Assembly (NCBI GenBank): GCA_951406725.2
Contig: OX597828.1
Coordinates: 21,018,001-21,082,000 of the forward strand
Source: Octopus vulgaris
Lineage: Eukaryota
DNA length: 64,000 nt
Reading direction: 5' to 3'
Part shown: piece after piece, positions 1 to 14,050 of the stretch
Layout: each line of letters begins with the position of its first letter
Numbering within the stretch: the first letter of the stretch is position 1
Notes under the pieces: generated by a model
What the model was told of the DNA's origin: nothing
Seen by the model: the letters and a program-made list of their open reading frames with translations, nothing else
The model's database searches: none
Translations under genes and position numbers: made by a program

Positions 1-611
1 ATGGACCTCTAATTCGTAAAGTTAGCAGTGTACTTACTGATAGTTTAACACTTTACATATTCTTATACAATAGTCAAGCCAATTACATTTGGAAACTGAG
101 AGAGTTCAGCGCAGATTACAGTACCAAGTGAAGATATAAGATTCAGACCTTATATAATCAGGTCATAAAATGCCAACTTTGTACAGCAGGAAAAGGCAGA
201 TATTGTTTAAGTTAAATAAGAAATAAAATTGATAATTGCTTGGTTTTCAGTACTGAATTATTGAATATGTGTTCACTGATTGATAAATTTATATGAGGCC
301 ATTGGAAAATTACACTTTCACTAGACTAATACTGACTCTGTTGTGCATTTGACATCCTCCAATACAGAAGATATTGCATATTAGACACTTCATGAAACTT
401 TACACACTTCCCGTTTCATTAAACACATAATTTCCGTACGCATAACATGATATAGGAAATCCCAAGTTAACATGACTTTCATAGTAGATAGCACATTATA
501 TCTGACAGAAAGTTACGTTTGTCTAACGAAAGAAACACTTATTAACAAATGTGGTTGTTTTTCACAGCTGTACAACATGGCCGTTTTGTATATAAATATA
601 TGCACGCATAC

Positions 612-674
<63 letters not shown>

Positions 675-862
675 TACACACACACACACACGTAGTGGTT
701 TGCTGGTCCACGTTCGCACTAGTTCGCGCAAACCACTTTTTTTTAAAAATAAGAACATGTTAATTTTTTGCGAAAGAAAGGCAGAAAATTGAAATGGATG
801 ATGTCAATCATTTTTTGCTTTCCTTCTCTCTCTCATCTTTCTTTCTCTCTCTTTATCTCCCA

Positions 863-935
<73 letters not shown>

Positions 936-2616
936 TGTATAGACTAATAGAGTTAGTTGCAGGAGAGACACTCATGAAAAGTGAGGCTGAGCATCATTAC
1001 CATTTCGGCACTTTTTCACATTATCATTCTTCCTGGAAGTACCGAGCCTCCTTAATATTACCACAGAACGATCAGGTTCTCTTAACCTACATTGACTCTA
1101 TTATTCCACCTTCTCATCCACGCTGCCTCCACACCAACTGGATGCAAATCGGTATTGATTCCTCTAACATTGACGATACTGCATTGCATCGAATAGATAA
1201 TACTGCATCAGCAAGGATATTCAAGATTGGCTTGATTACTCAAGATTTTATAATGGCTTGAACTTATGACATGGCCAGACATAACATATTTGATGACATA
1301 AACGACGCACTCCACTTTCAGCAGCGCGTTTTCAGAAGAAGAAAATCATAGACGAACAAAATTAGCTTATGAGAGGCCCAACGTCGCATGTAGGGTCTGG
1401 GTTGACTTTTGGAGATTTTTTTGCATAACAATACGTTTTATATGTCATCAAATATGGTAATCTTCGAGGGATGACTTGCATGCTGCCAAAGCATTCTCCC
1501 AGCAATGCACAGCCTCCATATTGATGACAGCCAGCAGTGTCGGACGGCAGTGTTCAAGTGTTTATATGTAGATGTATATAGGACCGTCAATGTGGTCGCC
1601 CGATCTGTTAGAAATAGCAGCCAAAATCTCTTTTGTTTTAAAGATGAAAGGACACGTTGTCTGAAGTAAAAAAAAAAAAAGAAAATGGAATCTTCATGAC
1701 CGGAATGTCTTTGATTGTAAATCTGATCAGTTAGAACTGACCTACAGCTTGACAACAATAATTATGACATATGTGTGTGAGAGAGGGGGTGGGGGGGAAG
1801 AAAGGGGGAGTGTGTGTGCGCGCGCGCGTCTGCCTGCTAATTTATGTGAGATAAATGAAGATTACACACCCAAACTGCAGTTTTATTTCGTCGGTCAACG
1901 GTACACGTTACCAGGGACTTGAAAGTAATAACGCGACTGTAATCAGTGTAGCAAGTGTAGATTAAAGGCTGTCGTCTGCAATGAATCAGGGGGCTGCGCC
2001 ATCTTTGAAATTCTTAAGGATGAACTTGTGCACGTGTTGGCAGACTGAAGTCAGCTCCTTCTTAAAATTTTAAATAGAAACGAATATAAAAGCTGATTTC
2101 GACGTTGATAAAAGTTTTCATCGAGAATTTCAATCAAGACAGATTTCACTCGTGTATGACAAATGGCAACAGATGTTTTATATCGCTTACATTGCCTTGA
2201 GTACTGTTAATTAACTACTGTTTTGATCTCAGTTAATTCAATTGATATGCATGATTAAGCAAGCGAACAAAACCTCACTTCAGGCGTCTACAGATCGAAA
2301 GCGAGGGCAAGTTGCTTCACTTAACAACACAATTTTTTTTTTAAATGGGTAACGTGTGTGCAGACTTCTTTTTCTTTCGCCGGCTGGTCTCTAAAGTCAT
2401 ACGCGTAAACATGCAGCAAATGTCGAAGAACAGTAACGCTTGTTCATATTAAAAAGAGACTGATAATGTCTGATACGCAATAAAGAGTGTCGCTCATTAA
2501 TGGACTGAGCAACACGTTATATTACATAATAATACAACTCTTTCATCAACACTTTATTAGAAGAATTAATGCTGGAATGTTATTATATAATATACGAAAT
2601 AATACATTAGATCAGT

Positions 2617-3082
2617 ATTAGCTGACCCCATGCCGTCAAAAATCACGGCTAATTGTAGTATTATATATATATATATATGGATGGTGAATCAGATAAATAC
2701 ACTTGTTAATGTTATCCAGGGGTTGTCTGCTGAGATGTGACATCGATCATCGTTTGTTACTGAACGCTGTTTCACACATAAATTCACATACTTCCCTTGT
2801 ACACGCACACACATACACACAGAGTTGAAACGCTGCTTGATTTCTCTTTTTAGCGTTGAATGTTCACCATCCCATTTCCATTGCACACACACACAACACA
2901 CACACATACAAACATTCACATACCTCCCTTTTACATACGCACACATATACTCACACAAGGTTGAAACACTCCAAATACCAATTTGCCGTCACCTCTTCCT
3001 TCCTTATTCATTTATCACCCCTTCCTTTCTCATTATATATATGTTGTGACGGAGAAAAATACAAGAGTATTATTATAGTAGA
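2617..3082 (+). mobile_element. Non-autonomous Helitron/Helentron-like repeat (second copy at 51741-52178)
   Basis: Both copies share a 5' hairpin GCCGTCAAAAATCACGGC, an internal segment, and the 3' end GTGACGGAGAAAAA..GAGTATTATTATAGTA. Family assignment is inferred from these ends. Confidence 0.5.
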
Positions 3083-3115
3083 TTATTTCAGCAACACTGG
3101 AAAACTCCTCAGGTG

Positions 3116-3373
3116 TACGTAGGTGGGCTGAAAAATTCATACGCTGAGTATGAGTGATGCTGAAGCTGTGAAATTTTACATGCGCAGGTGTGGCTGTGTG
3201 GTAAGTAGCTTGCTTCCCAACTACATGGTTCCGGGTTCAGTCCCACTGCGTGGCACCTTGGTAAAGTGTCTTCTACGATAGCCTTGGGCCGACCAAAGTC
3301 TTGTGAGTGGATTTGGTAGACGGAAACTGAAATAAGCCCGTCGTATATATGCATATATATGTGCGTATATATG

Positions 3374-3408
<35 letters not shown>

Positions 3409-4555
3409 TTGTGTGAGTGTGTTTGTCCTCTACCCCACCCCAACATCGCTTGATAACCGATGCTGGTGTGTTTACGTCCCTATAACTTAACGGTTCGGCA
3501 AAAGACGCCGATAGAATAAGTACTAGGCTTACAAAGAATAAGTCCTGGGGTCGATTTGCTCGACTAAAGGCCGTGCTCCAGCATGGCCGCAGTCAAATGA
3601 CTGAAACAAGTAAAAGAGAGTAAAAAGAGTATGCATTAGTTTCCACGTTTATTAATAATCGTATTAATTTTTTTTCCAGGTATGTTGACATCTCAATGTG
3701 CAAAGAATTCAAAGGTAACTAGCAGCGACTTGTCTTGAAAAGGGACAAAACTTGGCATCGTGGTGCCATCAAGTGGCTGCTGAAGAAGGATTTAGCCTCG
3801 AACAACAATCATGTTGATATCGTTGCTGCATTAGGAAATGATGCGCCAGGTTTATCACCTGTGCAAAAGTAGGCAGCTGAATTTGGTGGAGAAGAGAGAG
3901 AGAGTCATGAAGATGAAGATGACCCAATATTTGGACGTCCTGCATCTGCCACCACCGAGAATAAAACATTGATCATGTTCACAACATGTCGATGGATGTC
4001 AGACGATTGACTATAAATCAAATAGCCAGTGATATTAGCATATCCTGAGAGACGTTTGAGAATATTCTGCGCAATGAACTTGGCATGACGAACGTTTCAG
4101 CAGAGTGGACGCCATGTCTTCTGACACCAAAACAAAAGCGTACCAGACTGGTCATATCACGGGAAAATCTGACTTTGTTTGAGGCAGTTGCAGCTGGTTT
4201 CCTTGAACGTTTCCTAACACGGGATAAGTATTGGCTACATCGCTTTGAGCCAGAGACAAAGAGGTGACTCGTGCTTTGGAAACACCCCTCTTCATCTTTT
4301 CCAAAGAAGTTTTATGTCCTTTTGTCTGTAGGGGAGGTGATGGCCTTTTTTTGTGGGTGAGGGGGGATGCAAATGGCATTGTGTTTATTGACTATCTTCA
4401 AAAGAGCCACAACATCAATGGAAAATACTATGCCAGCTTATTGAGGCAGTTACGAGTCCTTGCTTTCACTGGCTGCAGTGCAAGACTGTGGCTTTGAACT
4501 GGTTGATCACACCCACCTTCTACTCCCGATACCTGCCCCCATCTGACTATCATAC
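3116..4555 (+). pseudogene. Decayed mariner transposon with a frameshifted transposase, interrupted by a SINE
   Basis: Fragments WTPCLLTPKQKRTR (WVPxxL motif), FLTRDKYWLHRFEPETK (first catalytic D region), GIVFIDYLQKSHNINGKYYASLLRQLR and APSDYH. TIR-like start TACGTAGGTGGGCTGAAAAATTC. Confidence 0.8.
3182..3630 (+). mobile_element. tRNA-derived SINE family A with an internal microsatellite (other full copies: 12990-13404, 21849-22266, 51149-51550, 52781-53178; many partials)
   Basis: A box TGGCTGTGTGG, B box GGTTCAGTCC, shared body, central (TA)n(TG)n, and tail GGCGGTGCTCCAGCATGGCCGCAGTCAAATGACTGAAACAAGTAAAAGAG repeated in many copies. Confidence 0.9.
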
Positions 4556-4557
4556 GT

Positions 4558-4607
<50 letters not shown>

Positions 4608-4608
4608 G

Positions 4609-4928
4609 AAGGCGCGTAGCTTAGTGGTTAGGGTATTAAGCTTACGATCGTAAGGTCGTGAGTTCAATTCCCGGCGGCGTGTCGTGTCCTTGAGCAAGAC
4701 ACTTTACTTCACGTTGCTCCAGTCCACTCAGCTGGCAAAAATGAGAAGTACCTGTATTTCTAAGGACCAGCTTTGCCACATTCTGCATCACGCTGAATCT
4801 CCCTGAGAACTACGTTGTATACACGTGTCTGTGGAGTGCTCAGTCACTTCCACATTAATTTCAGGAACAGGCTGTTCCGTGGATCGGATCAACCGGAACC
4901 CTTGTCGTCGTAAATGACAGAGCGCCAG
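4609..4928 (+). mobile_element. tRNA-derived SINE family C
   Basis: Head GGCGCGTAGCTTAGTGGTTAGG...GAGTTCAATTCC. Body is homologous to the minus-strand copy at 17051-17383. Confidence 0.85.
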
Positions 4929-7489
4929 TTATACATATATTCATATGAGCTCCTTGCAGTTTCTGGTCCCTCGTAAGCTCATCTTCAGAATGCTAACTTA
5001 CCATCAATGACAATTCAAAACCACCAAGAGCTTGGACAGCCCGTGGTCTAGAATAATGGAGAAAAGTCATCAATGGTCTATACTCCATCGGGTGGATGCA
5101 TGTGGCCTAGCGGTTAGTGTGTCGGACTCATGATAGTAAGATTGTTATTTCGATTCTTGGACCGGGCAACGAGTTGTGTTCTTGAGCAAAACACTTCATT
5201 TCATGTTGCTCCAGTTCACTCAGAAATGGCAGAAATGAGTCATGCTGCAATGGACCAGCATCCTGTCCAGGTAGGGAATACATATGCCATGGAAACCTGG
5301 AAGCTGGCCCTTATGAGTCGATATGACTTCAGAAGGAAACTACCTTTCCTTACCTTTACTCCTTAGGGAGCCAAAAGTCTAGGTAAAGTATGTTATGAAC
5401 ATTACTTTCATCAGTAAACATTTATCTTTCTGAGGGAATTCTGTAGATTGATAGATGTGTTGTTCTCTCTTAATATTTTACTGTCTAGTTTTGTTTAACT
5501 TTTGTGTAATATAATGCATAGTAATTGCTCCCATGTAATTACAATGTAATTGTTCACCATTGTATATGATGAGCTGGCAAGAATATGTTTCTGTATTGTT
5601 AGCAAAACTGTTGGATGGTATGTTGTCAACTTAATGTGACAGTCCCATGAAAGGGAAGAATACTACAGTTATTTAACCCTGTTTGACTTGAAACACTTCC
5701 TGTGTCCTTACATTTTCAAAGTGAAGATAAGCACCTCCACCCAGCAAAGCCAGCACCCAGAGACTAGTTTCAGAGTCATTGCTCGCCATCAGCCTGGAGT
5801 AGCATGGCTTGATAGCTGTTGATGTCTATCTGCCTTTGAAAACATATATATTTCAAGCGAAATACATAATCAATAATGAATCTCTGAGGGAAGTATAAAC
5901 AATAGCTGCACAACAACGTGAAGCATATTTGCCACTTAAATGTAGCTAACCCTTAAGGGTGGATGCAATTGTTGCTTGTAGCCCCAGGAGGACACCTCCT
6001 CCAACTGGCTATTGACACACTTTCTGTGCCCTATCAGTATTTGCAAAGGGAAGCCATCCTTCCCATCTTCAATCCGACATGATACACACGGACTTGAGTT
6101 TCTGGGTATTGACCCATCATCAGCGTGTGACAATCACAGATTGCCGATGAAAAGTGGGTCCCCTTTGCAAATATATATCCTTTTTCCAGTGACGAAAAGT
6201 CACTGATATCAAAAAAGTGTAATCTCTGAGAGATTTATGCAGTAGTAGCATGATAAAGTGATAGTATGTAATCAACTTAATGTGACAGTCCCATGAAAGG
6301 GAAGAATGCTACTGCATAAATCTCTCTGAGAGATTTAGAAATGTATTGTTTCTATTTTCAAAACTGTTGGAGTCTTGAAGTTTGCAACTTTTACATTTGC
6401 AAACAAATATATAAATCACTTTAATATTTAGTAGTTTGTTTGTAAGATTTCATGCTGTGGTTTGATATTAATAAAAAGTCTTTTTAAAATTTAACATTGG
6501 TGTTTTTGAGGAATATATTTGTATTTTCTATGGTTTATTTTATGAGAATTTTGATTATTTATTCATTATTCTAGAGTTAATATACTTAGGAAATCTAAGC
6601 CAATGAAATGGAAGAATTGTTACAGGGATGGAAAAAATGTTTAGCAGCATTTCTTTTGACTCTACATTCTGATACCACTGCTGGGGTCAATTTTCCTGTT
6701 CATCCATTTGGGCTCAATAAAATAAGTACCAGTTGAGCACTAGGGTCAATATAATTGGATTGCACTCCCACCCCACCCACCCCAATTGCTGGCCTTGTGC
6801 CATAATTTGAAGCCACTGTTTATTAATTTATTTGTAGGATTTCATGTTTGTAGTTTGATATAAATAAGGAATTTGTTTATTTTAATATTGATGTTTTTTA
6901 TGTATATTTGTATTTTTTTATGGCCTGTTTCATGAGAATTTTGGTAAATTATTCCTTATTCTAGAGTTAATATGCTAAGGAAACTTTGGTGTTCTAAGCA
7001 CTGTCTTTTTTTTATAGGGGAGGCATGGCTGTCTGGTTAAGAAGTTTGCTTCACAACCGTGTAGGCTTGGGTTCAGTTCCACTGTGTGGCACCTTGGGCA
7101 GGTGTCTTTTACTTTAGCCCTAGGCTGACCAAAGACTTGTGAGTGGATGCAGTTGATGGAATCTGAAAGAAGCCTATTGTATGTATGTGTGTGTGTGTGT
7201 GTGTGTGTGTTGTGTGTGTGTGTGTGTATGCTTGTGTGAGCATGTATGTTTGTGTGTACTTGTATGTTTGTGTGTTTGTGTGATTGTGTGTGTGCTTGTG
7301 TGTATGTGAGTGTGTGTGTTTGTGTGTACTTGTGTGTTTGTGTGATTGTGTGCATGTGTGTGCTTCTGTGTGTGTGTATGTGTGTGTGTGTACCCTTGTC
7401 GAGCATTCACACGATGGTTGTAAATAAACATCATTTGTCAATGAAGCGAGGTTCTTCATTACCAGCCTTCCATGAAAAACATGTCCGGT

Positions 7490-8697
7490 CAAGGGGAAAT
7501 ATTACCTCATTTGGAAAACTGGTGAGGGTCGGTGACAGGAAGGACATCCAGCTGTTGGAAATCTGCCTGCCTCAACAAATTCCATCTGATCCATGCAGAC
7601 ATAGAAAAGTGGAAGTTAAACCATGATGAATGAAAATGCTGTACAAGGGGAAATATTACCTCATTTGGAAAACTGGTGAGGGTCGGTGACAGGAATGACA
7701 TCCAGCTGTTGAAAAATCTGCCTCAACAAATTCCATCTGATCCATGCAGACATAGAAAAGTGGAAGTTAAACCATGATGAATGAAAATGCTGTACAAGGG
7801 GAAATATTACCTCATTTGGAAAACTGGTGAGGGTCGGTGACAGGAATGACATCCAGCTGTTGAAAAATCTGCCTCAACAAATTCCATCTGATCCATGCAG
7901 ACATAGAAAAGTGGAAGTTAAACCATGATGAATGAAAATGCTGTACAAGGGGAAATATTACCTCATTTGGAAAACTGGTGAGGGTCGGTGACAGGAAAGA
8001 CATCCAGCTTTTGGAAATCTGCCTCAACAAATTCCATCTGATCCATGCAGACATAGAAAAGTGGAAGTTAAACCATGATGAATGAAAATGCTGTACAAGG
8101 GGAAATATTACCTCATTTGGAAAACTGGTGAGGGTCGGTGACAGGAATGACATCAAGCTGTTGGAAATCTGCCTCAACAAATTCCATCTGATCCATGCAA
8201 ACATAGAAAAGTGGAAGTTAAACCATGATGAATGAAAATGCTGTACAAGGGGAAATATTACCTCATTTGGAAAACTGGTGAGGGTCGGTGACAGGAAGGA
8301 CATCCAGCTGTTGGAAATCTGCCTCAACAAATTCCATCTGATCCATGCAGACATAGAAAAGTGGAAGTTAAACCATGATGAATGAAAATGCTGTACAAGG
8401 GGAAATATTACCTCATTTGGAAAACTGGTGAGGGTCGGTGACAGGAATGACATCCAGCTGTTGGAAATCTGCCTCAACAAATTCCATCGGATCCATGCAG
8501 ACATAGAAAAGTGGAAGTTAAACCATGATGAATGAAAATACTGTACAAGGGGAAATATTACCTCATTTGGAAAACTGGCGAGGGTCGGTGACAGGAATGA
8601 CATCCAGCTGTTGAAAAATCTGCCTCAACAAATTCCATCTGATCCATGCAGACATAAAAAAAGTGGAAGTTAAACCATGATGAATGAAAATGCTGTA
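7490..8697 (+). repeat. Tandem array of 8 units of 150-154 bp derived from a retroposon tail
   Basis: Units start CAAGGGGAAATATTACC at 7490, 7644, 7795, 7946, 8096, 8246, 8396 and 8546 and are near-identical. Confidence 0.95.
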
Positions 8698-8699
8698 CA

Positions 8700-9250
8700 T
8701 GTGAATAATACAGTTTGAACAGGTGTGGAGTCTGATGCATCCTTTTTGCGTTGCATTTTTGCATATATCATTCCTTTGCTCAGTCTAGTAGTTTATTAGA
8801 ATAGCCATTGTTATTAGCCGTTTGTTTTATTCTATTTTATTCATTCAATTGATTGTGTTATCTGGTGCTTCAGTTAAGGAGCAATATCAAAACGCTCTTG
8901 TAAAGAAGGCTTTTATCATTGACATTTTGTGTATGAGTGGACGTTCATTGTCTCTGTATAAATATCTGCATTTATTTGTGTCGTTGATGTAAATAGACAC
9001 GATGTATCTGATCTGCTATTTTCTACCTGGATGTTCATGTTGTGAAAGGAAGCCGTTGTATTGTTAGGAGTTTTATTCGGATCGTTCTAGATTGTTCTGC
9101 GTAGTCATAATGGAAGATAAAGCGCTACCAGAAGCAGAGGAATAAAATTCTTCTGTATAGAAGTGAATGAATTTATTATTGTGCTCTCATCCACTGCGTT
9201 TGTAGTCTCTAAATTTGTTGTGTTGTTGGAACCTTTTAGAATTTTTCCAA
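8700..9250 (-). pseudogene. Penelope-like retroelement reverse-transcriptase remnant
   Basis: Minus-strand reading, with stops and a frameshift, gives HKMSMIKAFFTRAF*YCS...NNGYSNKLL, resembling the PLE RT thumb (K.SVI...RA...CS...NNGY). Confidence 0.55.
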
Positions 9251-10146
9251 AACTATGGGAATCCATGCCTATATTTTATGCACAATTCCTGCCACCCTAA
9301 TTTTAAGAGATCACTGAATAACACATCACCACCACCATCACCATCACCAAAAACATAAGAGAATGAATTCATATCTTTGTCTGTCAGTCTCTGTGTATGT
9401 ATGTATGTATGCATGCATGTACGTATGTATGTATGTGTCTGCATGTACGTAAATACATACATTTACGTACATGCATTTACGTATATGCATTGTCATGGGG
9501 GTTGTGGCCCTTATGCATAGAATATAATTTCCAAATTTCGTAAAGATCCATTCAGTACTTTTGACCTAGTTTTGGATCATAAAAGAAATTACTAAAATTT
9601 GGGAGTTAAGGCCCCCATTGGGTGTCTTAGAATCCTCATGTGAAGTGGAAACTTTGAGAATACTTCTTGATGTGTGTCAATAACCCATGGTTGAAATTTC
9701 ATCAACATCGAAAATTTATGAATTTCCTTGGGGTTCTTCCCCCTTTAAGCCATCTGAAATTCAAACCAAACATATTGCATTATACCCGCCCTTATGCATT
9801 GAATCTAAGTTTCAAATATCATAAGGATCCATTCAGTAATTTTGGTCCATGAAATTGTATGAAAGACACAGCATTACCCTTCTCCCTAGGCTTGGATTTT
9901 GTGTTCCAAATTTCATTATGATTGGTGCAGCAATTTTCGAATGTATAAGTAATACACGAACACATAAAAACATTGTCTTTGATATAATAAATATGAATGT
10001 ACACATATACATACATGTATATATATATGCGTACGTGTTTTGGAACGAAGTTTGTTACCACACAGCTACACCTGCACCTGTGTGTGTGTATGTGTGTATG
10101 GGTGTATATATGTATGCATGTATATATGTGAATATATATGTGTACA

Positions 10147-10178
<32 letters not shown>

Positions 10179-11329
10179 CACATCTACTCATATACATGTA
10201 TACATATACATCTTTATGTATAGAAATAAATGTATACATATACAGCTATACACACATACACAGCTATACACACATACACACACACAAACATACATAGGTG
10301 CAGGTTCCAAAACACATGGTTCTGGGTTTAAATTTAAATTTAAAATAATAAGGGTGAGAAATTGAATATTAATTTGATTGATATGAATTGAAAACCAGTG
10401 GTGTAGCATACAAGACCATAGCGGATCTTCTTTTAGCAATATGGATGTCCACTGTTAATGGTTCATCCCTCTTATATAATAGTTTGACTTTAATAGTTTC
10501 AGTATTAAAGTGAAAGTATCTGACATTACAATAGAAAGATGTTTTTGTTTCACTTTTAACACGTAATACTGAAATAGTGGAGAAGATATGATATTGTTGT
10601 AGGCTCGTCCTAGGCAAGAAGTTAGAAGTTTTTTGCCCGTGGCACTACATGGACCCTAAGTAAGGCATGTGTAAAATTTGAATGAAATTGGTTGTGTAGT
10701 TCTCAAGTTTTAGGGAAACAGACAGACAGACAGACACACACACACACATTCTCAGTTTTATATACATAGAGATAACAACCATGGTTTCTGACAAGTATAT
10801 GGCTACACATTTGGGGAGAAATCTCTTATGAACTATTACATTGGCTCTCCATATTTGACTGGTTTTATTTATTAACCCAAGGATGAAAGGCAAATTTGTC
10901 TTTGATGGGATTAGAACTAAATATACTTTTCTATTCTAGGCACAAAGCCCGAAATTTTTGAGGAGGGGGCCAGTCAATTAGATCGACCCCAGTACACAAC
11001 TGGTACTTAATTTATTGACTCTGAAAGGATGAAAGGCAAAGTCAACCTCACCAGAGTTTGAACTCAGACCGTAACGGCAGACGAAATACAGCTAAGTATT
11101 TCGCCTGGTGAGCTAATGTTTCTGCCAGCTCATTGCCTTATTAGAACTGAATATGGCTATGCTTATGTGTCTGCCATTTTACTGATTCTTCCAAAACTCT
11201 GCCCTTAACTGTAACAACTAAAAGAAACTAGAAAGATGTGACTGGTGAACTTTCTAATTTCGGTACAAGACTAGCAAGTTTGAAACGAAGGGACAAGTTG
11301 ATTATGTTGACCTCAGAAGGCAAGATGGA

Positions 11330-11712
11330 TGGAAGCACTCCGTCGGTTACGACGATGAGGGTTCCGGTTGATCCGAATCAACGGAACAGCCTGCTTATGA
11401 AATTAACATGTAAGTGGCTGAGCACTCCACAGACACGTGCACCCTTAACGTAGTTCTCGGGGATATTCAGCGTGACACAGAGAGTGACAAGGCTGGCCCC
11501 TTGAAATACAGGTACAACAGAAACAGGAAGTAAGAGTGAGAGAAAGTTGTGGTGAAAGAGTACAGCAGGGATCACCACCCCCTGCCGGAGCGTCGTGGAG
11601 CTTTTAGGTGTTTTCGCTCAATAAACACTCACAACGCCCAGTCTGGGAATCGAAACCGCGATCCTATGACCGCGAGTCCGCTGCCCTAACCACTGAGCCA
11701 TTGTGCCTCCAC
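11330..11712 (-). mobile_element. tRNA-derived SINE with the head of the 45288 copy and the tail of family C
   Basis: Head GGAGGCACAATGGCTCAGTGGTTAGGGCAGCGGACTCGCGG...TTCGATTCCC. 3' part matches the 17062-17240 region. Confidence 0.85.
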
Positions 11713-12197
11713 ATCAATGCTAGTAATTGACTGGTAACTATTTTATTGACTCTGAAAAAGAAAGGCAATGCCAACCTCGGTGGAATTTGAACTCAGAACA
11801 TAAAAAGCCAGAAGAAATGCTGCATAGCAGTTTGCCCAATGAGCTAACGATTTTGCCAGCTCATTACCTTTATAAAGACGTAAATAATAGCAATATTAAT
11901 TAGTGCTTGTCTTAAATATTGAATGTAGTTTGCTTGTTGTAAATACTTTTTATCTTTTACTTGTTTCAGTTATTGGACTGTGGCCATGCTGGAGCACCAC
12001 GTTGAAAGGTATTAATCAAATCAATTGGCTCCAGTACTTATTTTCTGAAAGTCTGATGGTCCTTATTCTATCAGTATCTTTTGCTGAGCTGTTGTTACGG
12101 GGAAGTAAACAAAACAACACTGAATGTCAAGTGGTAGTGGAGGGAAGGGGACAGACACAGACAGATACACACACACACACATTTACACAGACACACG

Positions 12198-12548
<351 letters not shown>

Positions 12549-12618
12549 ATGCATATACTCCACTGCTCTATAACTTAGTGTTCTTCTTTTACAGATCTAT
12601 GATTTACTGACAAGTATG

Positions 12619-12991
<373 letters not shown>

Positions 12992-13152
12992 TGCAGGCGT
13001 GGGTGTGTGGTAAGAAGCTTGCTTCCCAGCCACATGGTTCCTAGTTCAGTCCCGCTGCGTGGTAGCTTGGGTAAGTGATTTCTACTATAGCCTCAGGCCA
13101 ACCAAAGCCTTGTGAGTGGAATTGGTAGACAGAAACTGAAAGAAGCTTATTG

Positions 13153-13201
<49 letters not shown>

Positions 13202-14019
13202 CTATGTCTGTGTTTGTCCCCACCACCATCGCTTGACAACTAATGTTGATGTGTTCACATCTCCGTAATTTAGCGGTTTGGTAGAAGAGACCGATAAAAT
13301 AAGCACCAGGCTTACAAAGAATAAGTCCTGGGGTTGATTTCTTCAACTTAAAGCATGGCCACAGTCAGTTGACTGAAACAAGTGAAAGAGTAAAAGAAAA
13401 AAAAAGTATGTATATGACAGGCTTCTTTCAGTTTCCTTCAACCAAATCCACTCACAAGGCTTTGATCGGCCCGAGGCTATAGTAAAAGATACTTGCCGAA
13501 GGTGCCATGCAGTGTGACTGAACCTGAAACCGTGTAGTTGGGGAAACAAGTTTCTTATCCCTTCAGCCAGCAATAGATTGTCAAGTGTAGCCCCCATCCC
13601 ACCCTGTCTAGAGACACAGCAAGACAAAAGGGAGAGGGGTAACAAGGGAGCAGTTTTGCTCAGGTGCATAAGGTAAAGAGACACGAAATTCCCGAAATTC
13701 CCTCCTTAGTTCTAGGTTTACGGATGTGATCATTGTGAGATATTTCAAAGCGAATTTATTTTTGGCCCCGGCAGAGTTAAGGTGGTAATTAATTATTTGT
13801 GTTAATGTCATTAAGTGAGTAGCAACGAGTCCTGAAACAAATAATCGAAACATTTTTCAGAAAGTAGATTCAATGCAGTGTGGTGGCAGCGGTGGTGGTG
13901 GTGGTGGTGATGGTGGTGGTGGTGGTAGTTGTAGTGGTGGGTTAGGGACAGGTGTGTGTGTGTGTTGTGGAGTGCAAAACAGACTTCTAACACATGCACA
14001 CACACACACACACACACTG

Positions 14020-14050
<31 letters not shown>

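Noticed and set aside
794-1261. 155-aa ORF
   Set aside because: The N-terminal half is a (CT)n microsatellite and the remainder has no recognisable domain or splice context.
7812-8603. 263-aa minus-strand ORF with 50-aa repeats
   Set aside because: It is a by-product of 150-bp tandem units. Neighbouring 151-bp and 154-bp units break the frame, and the unit derives from a non-coding retroposon tail.
7490-8697. CRISPR-like array
   Set aside because: Whole units are near-identical with no unique spacers, no cas genes are present, and the DNA is eukaryotic.
13608-13853. Possible minus-strand exon after an acceptor-like TTATTTGTTTCAG near 13831
   Set aside because: There is no recognisable protein similarity and no partner exon. 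It could be a lncRNA exon but cannot be supported from sequence alone.
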